NCBI GenBank assembly: GCA_937899275.1
Contig: CALBPE010000013.1
Location: 1 to 56,181 of the forward strand
Direction of reading: 5' to 3'
Source: an uncultured Chlamydiae bacterium
GTDB lineage: Bacteria > Chlamydiota > Chlamydiia > Chlamydiales > SM23-39
DNA length: 56,181 nt
Position numbers and translations under genes: made by a program. The notes below the pieces were generated by a model. It worked only from the letters and a program-made list of their open reading frames with translations. It was not told the DNA's origin and did not search any database. Positions within the stretch are counted from its first letter, which is position 1. Each line of letters begins with the position of its first letter. This document shows, one piece after another, positions 46,701-55,187 of the stretch.

Positions 46701-46885
46701 TTTTATGGAAGGATGAGGCGGCGTTTTTACAAAAACTAGAGGGATGGCAAAGGCAAAAAGATCCGTATATTACATGGCTTTTTCCGTTTGTTGAGGAAAA
46801 TACCATATTCGATACTACAAGCATTTGGAGGGATTGGAAACCCTATTTAGACAGCGTTTTCTCGTCTTTGAAGGAGATATTTTGA
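43754..46885 (+). CDS. recC: Exodeoxyribonuclease V gamma subunit
   Basis: 1043-aa ORF with a RecC-like N-terminus (FLSNSFEVLAEAL). It lies immediately upstream of recB, and its stop overlaps the recB start (TGATG). Confidence 0.82.
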   Translation: MYTHFLSNSFEVLAEALRVSLLSTPPLEKKWIVFPAKNPPCKDWLIFHWLQRSQEAVTGVEWVTIKEFFSFLKQSQNGFCPSHQKKDLQEDALFFSLLDHFARVKSDPSFQELNDYLAKGDALSSHFLRKEIARLFMRYGVYGESEVRSWKKTPPAKLSWQEKLFVDVLEKEDLTCPVLEEEKVGFSGFSVHLFGFSYLPSAYLDRLFSLAKTVLVSQYQLSFSPFFWQDMLSDRAKTHAPMISSEEETHHRLLANLGGLQKRYYAQLNRYDFASREGYVEPQLIASGKRGETTLLSSIQQSIYQAEQQKEAKAVDDSIHIGAFAASKLREVEGLFDAIQHWKKNDPSLSFADIMVVAPDIVEYVPYIEFVFSNQGIPLHIAEKSAASNSALLQGFLRYLRLIQSSFLLQDVVEFLRLEPVYSCFGLTKEDVDVVSTYLEKAGIVAGKDAQHLMSSGFAINKHLENSACKRTWKSGLQRILWSFLYEGKPDQLLDFATEPLDAISSDCIPIFSRFLEFFSLLEKDADFLEEKKERPLYEWAEFLHSSLDRYYRVSKKGADPLYSEIQSLIEKTQTYRLDALLSFHAYAKFLEERLEKKRLKKTPALSKALFFQSIGDGSFYPVQALGFLGMQEDAFPVKERASSLDLLKSYAPSLQEKSRMQFLEGLLSVEKYLWISYQRLSFSDGKEQPLSSCVQELISHIEDQYGVAEKDLIRKHPAAAYHPQLFEEDSPYPSFSAPFFSAAKAAILGGAKKPTFTFRFPKEIPAMVESASLFQLRSFAKNPVKTYVNASLGVFFDRKEEKNPFEISPLDRFHYKQKAQHLPMQKVLEKAKASERLPPGLFQENAALKLIQEAALCENALSYFGLEKKELQELSKHLVLPMGQKQISLTCSFTSILDKGRGIFIDGEAKKSQMIRMWPVVLAYLCYSDTSSCSIYFTNKGKPKSMAISLKDPAADLLHFIAYYSLGKNHLSPMIPFVAEELLWKDEAAFLQKLEGWQRQKDPYITWLFPFVEENTIFDTTSIWRDWKPYLDSVFSSLKEIF

Positions 46886-49800
46886 TGCGCGCTTTTCACG
46901 TATTAGAAAAAGATCTTTCTATTACAGGCTACCGGGCATTAGAAGCTTCTGCTGGCACGGGAAAAACTTTTTCCATACAACATGTAGCTCTTCGTTTGAT
47001 TTTAGAAGAAAAGATCCCCCTAGAAGAGATTTTACTTGTTACGTTCACCAAAGCATCGACTCGGGAGCTTAAATCGCGCGTTCGCGCCAACATAGAAGAG
47101 GTGTTATCGCATCTTAGAAAGGGAAAATCTCTTTATCCCTACGTAGGTAATTGTGAAAAAAAAGAAGCGATCCATCGATTAGAAAAAGCGCTTTTTACTT
47201 TTGATGAGGCATCTATCTATACGATTCATGGATTTTGCCACCATATTTTAAAAGAGCACGCTTTTATTTCGGGGCTTTGCCTAGAGCAAAAGCTTGTAGA
47301 AGAACAGGAGCTTATTCTTCTACAAGAACAATTTATTCGTAGAGTTTTTTATTCTATTTCAGAAAAACACCTGCACCCTGTAGAGCTAGATTGTTTATGG
47401 AAAAGTTATTCCGACTTTTCTTCGTTGAGTAAAGCTATTTTACATTGTATCGATGAGAAGCGGATGGAGCTTTCTACGGAGCAATCGGAGTTTCACGACT
47501 TTTCCCATTACTACACATCTTTTGTGGAAAAAAGCGTCGACTTTGCCCCATTTTTGTTAGAAGAAAAGGAGCAGTCTACATGGCTACCAAAAATGCAAGA
47601 AGCTTTATTGAGCTACAAAAAGCTGCATAAAACCCCTTTTTCTTTAGAGCAAGAACTGGAGTATTTTTTTGCTTTTCTGAAAGGAGATCTATCAGAAAAA
47701 GACTTTGCTTCTTGGATAGATTTGGGCATTTTACTATTTTCCTGTTTTTCCGAAGACAATCGGAATAAACGAAAAAAATGTTACTACCCCAAATTAGAAG
47801 CTTTAGAGAAAAAAGCAGAGGCTCTACTCACCCCTTTAAAAGAGCTGATTTCTTCTGCACGCATTGTCCAAAAGCTCGCAGTTTTTTTGCGCCCCATCTA
47901 CGAGAAGATGTTGCAGGAGAAAAAAATTATTACCCCAGATGATCTTCTCCATCAAACAAAGGCGCTTCTTGCTAATCCCGCTTTTGTAAAGGGAGTCCAG
48001 AGCAAATACCAAGCCGTCATTATTGATGAATCGCAAGATACAGACCCTATCCAGTGGCAGATTTTCCACCGTTTATTTCAACAAGGTCTTAAAGCATTTT
48101 ATCTTGTAGGCGATCCTAAGCAATCGATTTATGGTTTTAGAAGAGCGGATATCTACACGTACATGCAGGCGTTACAATCGATGGAAGAGCGGTTTTCCCT
48201 TTCCACAAATTACCGCTCAGAAAAATCTCTTGTATCTGCTTTGAACCGGCTATTTTCTTTTCGAAAAAACTGGCTTTACCTACCGAAAAAAAAACAAGTT
48301 TTTTCCTATGAAACAGTAGACCCTTTTTCTGAAGAAGATCCACCAAATCAAGAGCCTCTTTTGCAGTTTTTTCTTGTAGAAGAAAAAAGTGGACGGGGTA
48401 AATGGCCATCTAATGCAGTGGAAGAAAGCTATTTTTTTCCCAAAGTTGCACAAACAGCGCTTCACCTTAGAAAACAGAACAAACATTTTCGTATGGCTGT
48501 GTTGGTGAAAGACCGTTACCAGGGAGCCTCGATCCAAAGTTTTTTTACAAAATGCGGGATCAAATCAAGTCTTAAGTCAAGTCATCCCATCTACAAGCAA
48601 CATGCATATCAAGAAACGATGACCCTTTTGCAAGCAGCTGCCTTTGCAGAAAACCCCGCAAATGTCCGAAAAGCTCTTCTTACCTCATTTTTTGGCTATC
48701 TTCCAAACGATCTTATCGAGATGCCTGTAGAGATATTTCAGGAGCTGCAAGAGAGATTTCTCGAAGGCAAAAAGATACTAGAAGAAAAAGGTCTGGCTCC
48801 ATTTTTTTCCTACTTTTGGAATCAAAAGTGGAATAAAAAAATGCTGCCTTGTCGCTTGGTTGAGCAAGGCGCTTTTTTGCAGGCAAGAGCTGCTGTAGAG
48901 CATCTTTTAGAGGTAGCAAAAACCCACTTTTTTTCTATCGACACCCTAGATGAGCTAATCGACTGCGCGGAAAAACACGCAGAAAAAGCCGCAGCTGTAG
49001 AAGAAGATGCAATCGAGATCATGACGATTCATGCAAGTAAAGGACTAGAATTTGACGTGGTGTTTTCTCTAGGGTTAATGCACCGAACAAAACTGCATCC
49101 GACCGATCAAAAAGAGCTCGATGCAGAGAAATTTCGCCAGCTATATGTCGCTTTAACAAGAGCTAAAACCTATTTATATGTCCCTTTATTAATCGACTCT
49201 TCAAGGCGCATACAAGAGGGTTTTTCTACTTCAAGTATGGAGCTTTTTATATCCCACCTTTTAGGCTTTACTACTGGGTATGAAGGGGTCGAGAAGATGG
49301 AAAAATCGACTGTAGAAAACCTACTTTCTTCATTAGATATTGCTTATGTAGAGCTGGAAAAAAACGGACCTCCTCTAGCTACACCTTCTGTACCTAAAGC
49401 AGATCTTGTACTGCAAAAAGCTGCTGTAGCCGTAGAAAAACCTTTGATGGTGTATTCTTTTAGCTCGCTACAAGAAGGCGCTTTTTCTGCTGCAAAAGAT
49501 GCATCTGAGGATGCTTTTTCTACTGGCGCTCCAGATAAAAATGGACTTCCTTTAGGGGCATCTACCGGAACTCTCTTCCACCAGTTGATTGAATTTGCTT
49601 TTGCGGAGTCCAACTTTTCTGTAGAAGATATCCTCAAAAAACATCTGCCGAAAAGCTGGCTTTCTTATGAAAAAGAGATGGCATCTATTTTAAAAAAGGC
49701 GTTTTTTACTCCGCTATTTAAGGGAGGCCCTACCGCCGCTTCGATTCCACCTTGTAATCGGCAAGTAGAAATGGCGTTTACTTATCGTGAGAAAGATGCC

Positions 49801-50091
49801 TTTTATAAAGGGGTGATCGATCTTGTTTTTTGCCATGAGGAAAAGTATTATATTGTGGATTGGAAAACCAATTATCTGGGGCAAGATCCTGCAGACTACG
49901 CCCCTTCTATACTCGAAGAGTATGCAGAAGAAAAGGGGTATTTTCTGCAAGGAACCATGTATACAAAAGCGTTGCAAAAATACCTCAAGTCTTATGGAAA
50001 AAGCCATTTAGTCGAAAAGGCATTTTTTGTATTTTTACGAGGAGAGCCTGGTATCGTAGCTACCCCGCAACTGGCAATAGGAAGCTCATGA
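46885..50091 (+). CDS. recB: Exodeoxyribonuclease V beta subunit (helicase-nuclease)
   Basis: UvrD-type helicase motifs are present (ASAGTGKTFSI, IDESQDTDPIQW, TIHASKGLEF). The C-terminal PD-(D/E)xK nuclease has GVIDLVF...YIVDWKTN. The ATG at 46885 is preceded by AAGGAG. Confidence 0.92.
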   Translation: MRAFHVLEKDLSITGYRALEASAGTGKTFSIQHVALRLILEEKIPLEEILLVTFTKASTRELKSRVRANIEEVLSHLRKGKSLYPYVGNCEKKEAIHRLEKALFTFDEASIYTIHGFCHHILKEHAFISGLCLEQKLVEEQELILLQEQFIRRVFYSISEKHLHPVELDCLWKSYSDFSSLSKAILHCIDEKRMELSTEQSEFHDFSHYYTSFVEKSVDFAPFLLEEKEQSTWLPKMQEALLSYKKLHKTPFSLEQELEYFFAFLKGDLSEKDFASWIDLGILLFSCFSEDNRNKRKKCYYPKLEALEKKAEALLTPLKELISSARIVQKLAVFLRPIYEKMLQEKKIITPDDLLHQTKALLANPAFVKGVQSKYQAVIIDESQDTDPIQWQIFHRLFQQGLKAFYLVGDPKQSIYGFRRADIYTYMQALQSMEERFSLSTNYRSEKSLVSALNRLFSFRKNWLYLPKKKQVFSYETVDPFSEEDPPNQEPLLQFFLVEEKSGRGKWPSNAVEESYFFPKVAQTALHLRKQNKHFRMAVLVKDRYQGASIQSFFTKCGIKSSLKSSHPIYKQHAYQETMTLLQAAAFAENPANVRKALLTSFFGYLPNDLIEMPVEIFQELQERFLEGKKILEEKGLAPFFSYFWNQKWNKKMLPCRLVEQGAFLQARAAVEHLLEVAKTHFFSIDTLDELIDCAEKHAEKAAAVEEDAIEIMTIHASKGLEFDVVFSLGLMHRTKLHPTDQKELDAEKFRQLYVALTRAKTYLYVPLLIDSSRRIQEGFSTSSMELFISHLLGFTTGYEGVEKMEKSTVENLLSSLDIAYVELEKNGPPLATPSVPKADLVLQKAAVAVEKPLMVYSFSSLQEGAFSAAKDASEDAFSTGAPDKNGLPLGASTGTLFHQLIEFAFAESNFSVEDILKKHLPKSWLSYEKEMASILKKAFFTPLFKGGPTAASIPPCNRQVEMAFTYREKDAFYKGVIDLVFCHEEKYYIVDWKTNYLGQDPADYAPSILEEYAEEKGYFLQGTMYTKALQKYLKSYGKSHLVEKAFFVFLRGEPGIVATPQLAIGSS

Positions 50092-51764
50092 AAGATATAC
50101 CTACTAGGCTTTTACTTGCAGTAGAAGAGGGAGAATTGAGTTTTTTTTCCCTACAGGTTGCACAATCTTTTGATCCCACTTCTTTTGAAGAGGCTCTTTT
50201 TCTTGCCGCTCTTTGGGATCATTCTGCAAGAGGGCATCTATGCTTACATAACGAAAGCAACTTACGCGACTTTGGCAGCTTGGCAAAAGAGATTTCTTTA
50301 GTATTGCAAGAGCCTGCTTTTTTACAAGAAAAGCCCTACATCTGTTTTCCAGAGGAAAATGTTTCCTACCTTTGCCGCCCCGTTGCGATTTGGAATGACC
50401 GGATCTACTGGCAAAAAAACTGGCTATATGAATCGTATATTTTACAAGAGATACAAAGGCTATTTTCCGATGCGTCTTTTAGCTTAGAAAAAAAGGACAC
50501 GTTCTTTGCAAGGGTAGACAGCGATCCTCATTTACGATTGGATCAAAAAAATGCGATAAAAAATGTATGCACCCGCCCTTTTTCCCTAATTTTAGGAGGT
50601 CCTGGGACCGGAAAAACCTTTACGATCACTAAATTAGTCCGCTATTTTGCCGATTGGACTGGTGCAAAGGCGAAGATCTTACTTACAGCGCCTACTGGAA
50701 AAGCCGATTATAACTTAGAGCAAAAAATTGGGGAAAAAAACAAGGAGATATCTTTTTCTTTAGAGGTAAAAACCCTCCATGCAGTTTTAGGAAGAACAAA
50801 AAACCGCTCGTTTTCTTTTGCGAGCTCGCCTTTACCTTATGATCTGATTATTGTAGATGAAGCTGCGATGATTGATGCGGGTTTAATGGCAGAGCTTCTT
50901 CTCAAAGTATCTTCATCTACCCGCCTTGTATTCGTAGGAGATCCCGACCAGCTTCCCGCTATTGAGTCGGGAAGTATTCTTTATGATTTATCACAAGATG
51001 CTTCCTGCGTTTTTTCTTTAGCAAAAGCTACCCGTTTTTCTAATCAAGCGCTCATCGATTTTTCCTATGCAATCAAAGTATGCGATCTGCAATTTATGGA
51101 ACAGTGCTTGAAGGAAGAAAATAGCATTGCATGGAAATGCGCAGAAACAAACGAAGATTTAGAAAAGCAGGTGCTCTTTTCCTTAGAAGAGTATATCCAA
51201 AAGTGGTCGGAGAAAAAGTCGATTGGAGATGCATTAGATTACATGCAAAAAGTGCAGTATATTTGTCCTTGGAAAGAAGGAAAAATAGGGGTACATAGCA
51301 TCAATACCTGGTGCCATACTAGTCTAGTTGCAAAGGAGCGCTCTTCGTACTTTTTTCCTGTGATCATCACAGAAAATCAAAAAGAATATCAAGTATATAA
51401 CGGCATGCAAGGTGTGTTGATGCGCGCGGAACATTCTACAGAAGAGGCGATCTATTTTCCTGGAAAAGATCCGATTGTATTTTCTGCTGTGCAGCCAGAA
51501 AAAAAGCCCTCTTTTGCCTTTGCGTTTTGTCTATCAGTTCATAAAAGCCAGGGAAGTGAATTTGATGAAGTGCGGATGATTTTGCCCGAGAGAAGCGACT
51601 GCTTTGGAAGAAAAATGCTATATAGCGGGGTAACAAGAGCTAAAAAAGATCTCGCTATATTTTCAAGTAAGGATACGCTTTTTGAAGCGGCAAAAAAAGA
51701 TTCCTGGAAGGATTCTTCGATAGCGCTAAGACAAAAGATCAATCAATCTTCGATGTGCACCTAG
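50088..51764 (+). CDS. recD: Exodeoxyribonuclease V alpha subunit
   Basis: GGPGTGKTFTI, IVDEAAMID, VGDPDQLPAI and SVHKSQGSEFDEV are present. The start at 50088 overlaps the recB stop as ATGA. The upstream 76 codons in the track lie inside recB. Confidence 0.92.
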   Translation: MKDIPTRLLLAVEEGELSFFSLQVAQSFDPTSFEEALFLAALWDHSARGHLCLHNESNLRDFGSLAKEISLVLQEPAFLQEKPYICFPEENVSYLCRPVAIWNDRIYWQKNWLYESYILQEIQRLFSDASFSLEKKDTFFARVDSDPHLRLDQKNAIKNVCTRPFSLILGGPGTGKTFTITKLVRYFADWTGAKAKILLTAPTGKADYNLEQKIGEKNKEISFSLEVKTLHAVLGRTKNRSFSFASSPLPYDLIIVDEAAMIDAGLMAELLLKVSSSTRLVFVGDPDQLPAIESGSILYDLSQDASCVFSLAKATRFSNQALIDFSYAIKVCDLQFMEQCLKEENSIAWKCAETNEDLEKQVLFSLEEYIQKWSEKKSIGDALDYMQKVQYICPWKEGKIGVHSINTWCHTSLVAKERSSYFFPVIITENQKEYQVYNGMQGVLMRAEHSTEEAIYFPGKDPIVFSAVQPEKKPSFAFAFCLSVHKSQGSEFDEVRMILPERSDCFGRKMLYSGVTRAKKDLAIFSSKDTLFEAAKKDSWKDSSIALRQKINQSSMCT

Positions 51765-52149
51765 GGCATCTTATAGCTGCTATAGGAATACTAGAGCAGC
51801 AAAAAGGGCAGGTTTTCATTGTTTCTACTTCAGGAGCGTTCGTAGGTATATAGCGTTTTTTAAAGCTATTAAAGGCTTTCACAAAGATAAATACGCTCAT
51901 CGATACGATAAAAAAATCGATCACGCTATTGAGAAATTTACCATATTCTACCACAGCTCCTTCTTGAACTACCCAAGAGAACCGTTGTAGATCGATTCCT
52001 CCCATCACAATACCAATGATGGGGTTGAATAAATAGCTGACAAGAGAGTCGACAATTTTGACAAAAGAAGAGCCGACAATGATCCCTACGGCCATGTCGA
52101 CTACATTTCCTCGATTAATGAAATCTTTGAATTCTTGGGCGATTCCCAT
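51739..52149 (-). CDS. mscL: Large-conductance mechanosensitive channel with C-terminal CxxC...CxxC zinc-ribbon tail
   Basis: MGIAQEFKDFINRGNVVDMAVGIIVG compares with E. coli [26 protein letters not shown]. The tail is KTCPFCCSSIPIAAIRCPRCTS. The 3' end overlaps the recD 3' end by 26 nt (convergent). Confidence 0.88.
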   Translation of the reverse strand: MGIAQEFKDFINRGNVVDMAVGIIVGSSFVKIVDSLVSYLFNPIIGIVMGGIDLQRFSWVVQEGAVVEYGKFLNSVIDFFIVSMSVFIFVKAFNSFKKRYIPTNAPEVETMKTCPFCCSSIPIAAIRCPRCTSKID

Positions 52150-52161
52150 AGATAGACGCAA

Positions 52162-52440
52162 TTACGCGACTTTTGCAGCGTATTTTGCTTTAGTCCTTGC
52201 GGCTTTATTTTTTTTGAAAATGCCTTTTTTTACCCCTTTATCCATTAAGCTGTATAGCGCATTTAGGTGTTTTGCCTTTGTAGAAGCCTCAGCCTTTTCT
52301 TCTAAAGATTTTTCTAAACGGACAAGAGCCGTTTTGGTTTTTGCCTTGAAAGAGCGGTTTTGAAGATTTTTCTTCACGTTTTGCTTATCTCTTTTTTCAG
52401 CGGTAGATAATTTAGGTTTTTTCGGTTGTTCTTCGCTCAT
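52162..52440 (-). CDS. rpsT: 30S ribosomal protein S20
   Basis: The start is at MSEEQPKK (52440). The protein is basic and has MDKGVKKGIFKKNKAARTKAK, matching S20 (..KG.IHKNKAAR.K..). Confidence 0.85.
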   Translation of the reverse strand: MSEEQPKKPKLSTAEKRDKQNVKKNLQNRSFKAKTKTALVRLEKSLEEKAEASTKAKHLNALYSLMDKGVKKGIFKKNKAARTKAKYAAKVA

Positions 52441-52478
52441 GCGTCCTCTATATTGTATCGTCATCTAAAAACAATATA

Positions 52479-52507
52479 AGTATAATTGCCTCAATAAAAG
52501 ATCGCAA
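52479..52507 (-). promoter_or_regulatory. Possible sigma-70-type promoter for rpsT (TTGCGA-N17-TATACT)
   Basis: On the minus strand, the -35 is at 52507-52502 and the -10 at 52484-52479, about 38 nt upstream of the rpsT ATG. A plus-strand TATAAT (52481-52486) overlaps it and faces the divergent gene. Confidence 0.4.
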
Positions 52508-52512
52508 CTATC

Positions 52513-52977
52513 ATGAAAAAAAAGAGACAGATTTTCCTATCTTTGCAGATAGTAACGGCTTTTTTTGCTGTTTATTTTGTGCAAATGTTCTATCAAAAAT
52601 ATCGTATATACACGCATTTCGATACGATCGAAAAAGTGGAGGTAGCCTCTTGGAAGCTATTGGAAGAGTCGGAAAATCGCCACCGAATTGCAATCAAATT
52701 TTTTGTACCCCCTGAAAAAAAGTCTTGCGTAGAGCTGATTCTTCCCGAAGTGTATCCCAATCACCTTGCCGCTGCAATCGATCTAAAGAAAAAAGTCTCT
52801 AGGGCAGAAACCACTTTTTTACCCGTTTGGAAAACGAGCGCAACAGTTCCAGGCGCCGCTCGTTGGACGATCGATAAGACATTTCCTTGGCAAGATTTGC
52901 GAGCTTTTTGTACCGCTTGCTTGCTTTTTGTCTACTTTTGTTTCTCCTATTCTTGGGCAGATAAGCGGTATATTTAA
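52513..52977 (+). CDS. Hypothetical membrane protein
   Basis: 154-aa ORF with N- and C-terminal hydrophobic segments. It occupies the rpsT-hyp-rpoD position seen in Chlamydia. I recognise no family. Confidence 0.5.
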   Translation: MKKKRQIFLSLQIVTAFFAVYFVQMFYQKYRIYTHFDTIEKVEVASWKLLEESENRHRIAIKFFVPPEKKSCVELILPEVYPNHLAAAIDLKKKVSRAETTFLPVWKTSATVPGAARWTIDKTFPWQDLRAFCTACLLFVYFCFSYSWADKRYI

Positions 52978-53361
52978 CTTACTTTGATTTTGTAAGCTCT
53001 TTGCAGGAAGCCAAAAGAGTCTCGAAAGGCGTTGTACTTTTATTCTGAAACATGCGATGATCATGCCAACGGACATAAAGCATTATTTATAAATATCTCT
53101 TGTCTTTTTTCCTAATATCTTTAAAATCGATGCCAAAAACGAGAATTGAACTACTTTTTCCTCCTGCCTACACGAAAAGAAGAAAACCTTTGTACAAGGA
53201 AAGTCTTTTATGTGTATGAGTAAAGGATCCACTATTAGACGATATTTGGTTAAGAAAGTTTTTGTTCGCAGCATCCAAGACACCTTTTCCCGTTCCTCTG
53301 CAATTTTTTTGACCGGGTGTTTTCTTTGTTTTCATTTTCCCGTTAACTTTCGTAGGACCTC

Positions 53362-55032
53362 ATGACCAAAACGACAGAAGAACTTAATAATCTATTCAAT
53401 CCTCAACATCAACAAAAAGTAGAAGAGTTGATTGGGATCGCAAAAGATCAAGGCTACATCACATATGAAGAGATCAATGAAATTCTTCCGATGAGTTTTG
53501 ATTCTCCTGAGCAGATTGATCAAGTGTTGATCTTTCTTAGCGGCATGGATATTCAAGTACTCAACCAAGCTGAAGTAGACCGGCAAAAAGAACGGAAAAA
53601 AGAAGCAAAAGAGCTCGAAGGGTTGCCTAAGCGCTCTGATGGCTCTTCTGACGATCCTGTCCGTATGTATCTTAAGGAAATGGGCTCTGTTCCTCTTTTG
53701 ACAAGAGAAGAAGAAGTAGAAATTTCTAAAAGAATTGAAAAAGCGCAAATTCAAATTCAAAAAATCATCATGCGCTTTCGTTACTCTATTCGAGAAGCCA
53801 TTTCTATTGCAGGCTATTTAGTATCGACAAAAGAGCGCTTTGATAAGGTGGTTGCTGAAAAAGAAATTGCCGATAAACAAACCTACTTAAATCTTCTTCC
53901 AAAACTATGTGAGTTAATGCGTGAAGAAGATGGTTATTTAGAATCGCTTTTGCGCCAAACAATGGATGAAAATACTTCGGCAAAGTCCCAAGTACAGCTT
54001 GCGGAAGATATTGAAAAATCGCGCATTCGCTCTCAGGCGTATCTTCGTAGATTTTCTTGTCGACACAATGTCATTGAAGATTTTGGCGAGGTGATTCTTG
54101 CAGCTTACGACCGTTTCTTACATCTTGAAAAAGAGATCAAAGAACTGACTCCTAGAGCGGAAAAAAATAAGTTCGCTTTAGGCAAGCTTCTTGCCGCAAA
54201 ACGCAAGCTGCATAAAAGAGAGCTTGCCGCCGGCAGGTCTTTAGAAGACTTTAAAAAAGATGTGCGCATGTTGCAAAGGTGGATGGACAAAAGCCAAGAA
54301 GCCAAGAGAGAAATGGTCGAGTCCAACTTGCGTCTTGTGATCTCCATTGCAAAAAAATACACCAACCGCGGCCTTTCTTTCTTAGATCTAATCCAAGAAG
54401 GAAATATGGGCCTTATGAAAGCAGTCGAAAAATTTGAATACCGAAGAGGGTATAAATTTTCCACCTATGCTACTTGGTGGATTCGACAAGCGGTCACCCG
54501 CGCTATCGCCGATCAAGCGAGAACCATCCGTATTCCTGTACACATGATTGAAACCATCAATAAGGTTCTTCGAGGCGCGAAAAAACTGATGATGGAAACG
54601 GGTAAAGAACCTAGCCCAGAAGAACTCGCTGCAGAGCTTGGTCTTACTCCAGAAAAAGTGCGCGAAATTTATAAAATTGCGCAGCACCCTATTTCTCTGC
54701 AAGCTGAAGTAGGCGATGGTGGTGAAAGCCAATTTGGAGACTTTTTAGAAGATACGGGCATTGAATCTCCTGCAGAGGCTACCGGTTATTCAATTTTAAA
54801 AGATAAGATCAATGAAGTTTTAGAGACGTTAACAGAACGAGAGCGGACCGTATTAATCGAGCGCTTTGGCCTTTTAGATGGTAAACCAAAGACTTTAGAT
54901 GAAGTGGGCGTTCGTTTCAAAGTGACTCGAGAAAGAGTGCGGCAAATCGAAGCAAAAGCGCTGAGAAAAATGCGCCATCCTACAAGGGCAAAACAACTGC
55001 AGGCGTTTTTAGATCTTTTAGAATCGGAGTAA
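53362..55032 (+). CDS. rpoD: Primary RNA polymerase sigma factor (sigma-66/sigma-70)
   Basis: 556-aa ORF with region 1.2 [11 protein letters not shown], region 2 [52 protein letters not shown] and region 4 [27 protein letters not shown]. Confidence 0.98.
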   Translation: MTKTTEELNNLFNPQHQQKVEELIGIAKDQGYITYEEINEILPMSFDSPEQIDQVLIFLSGMDIQVLNQAEVDRQKERKKEAKELEGLPKRSDGSSDDPVRMYLKEMGSVPLLTREEEVEISKRIEKAQIQIQKIIMRFRYSIREAISIAGYLVSTKERFDKVVAEKEIADKQTYLNLLPKLCELMREEDGYLESLLRQTMDENTSAKSQVQLAEDIEKSRIRSQAYLRRFSCRHNVIEDFGEVILAAYDRFLHLEKEIKELTPRAEKNKFALGKLLAAKRKLHKRELAAGRSLEDFKKDVRMLQRWMDKSQEAKREMVESNLRLVISIAKKYTNRGLSFLDLIQEGNMGLMKAVEKFEYRRGYKFSTYATWWIRQAVTRAIADQARTIRIPVHMIETINKVLRGAKKLMMETGKEPSPEELAAELGLTPEKVREIYKIAQHPISLQAEVGDGGESQFGDFLEDTGIESPAEATGYSILKDKINEVLETLTERERTVLIERFGLLDGKPKTLDEVGVRFKVTRERVRQIEAKALRKMRHPTRAKQLQAFLDLLESE

Positions 55033-55105
55033 TGGAGCGTAACGGATTCGAACCGATGGCCTCAACAATGCCATTGTTGCGCTCTACCAACTGAGCTAAC
55101 GCCCC
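55033..55105 (-). tRNA. tRNA-Ala (anticodon GGC)
   Basis: The reverse complement folds as acceptor GGGGCGT/ACGCTCC with the G3:U70 Ala identity pair. D arm GCTC-AGTTGGTA-GAGC; anticodon arm CAACA-AT GGC AT-TGTTG; T arm ATCGG-TTCGAAT-CCGTT with one T:T mismatch. Its 3' end directly abuts the rpoD stop codon. Confidence 0.8.
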
Positions 55106-55146
55106 GATTATGCTTTTTTTGCTGAAAATGAGCATAAGGAAGTTTG

Positions 55147-55175
55147 ATTATAGATAAAAAGGGTCTTTTTCTCAA
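55147..55175 (-). promoter_or_regulatory. Probable sigma-70-type promoter for tRNA-Ala (TTGAGA-N17-TATAAT)
   Basis: On the minus strand, the -35 is at 55175-55170 and the -10 at 55152-55147, 41 nt upstream of the mature tRNA 5' end. The -10 is consensus and the spacing ideal. Confidence 0.45.
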
Positions 55176-55187
55176 TCTATGAGGTGG

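Noticed and set aside
53083-53283. 66-aa minus-strand ORF in the rpoD upstream region (also 52819-53076, 85 aa)
   Set aside because: There is no ribosome-binding site and no motif. The second ORF overlaps the 3' end of the 154-aa membrane-protein gene antisense. This is more likely the long rpoD leader/promoter region.
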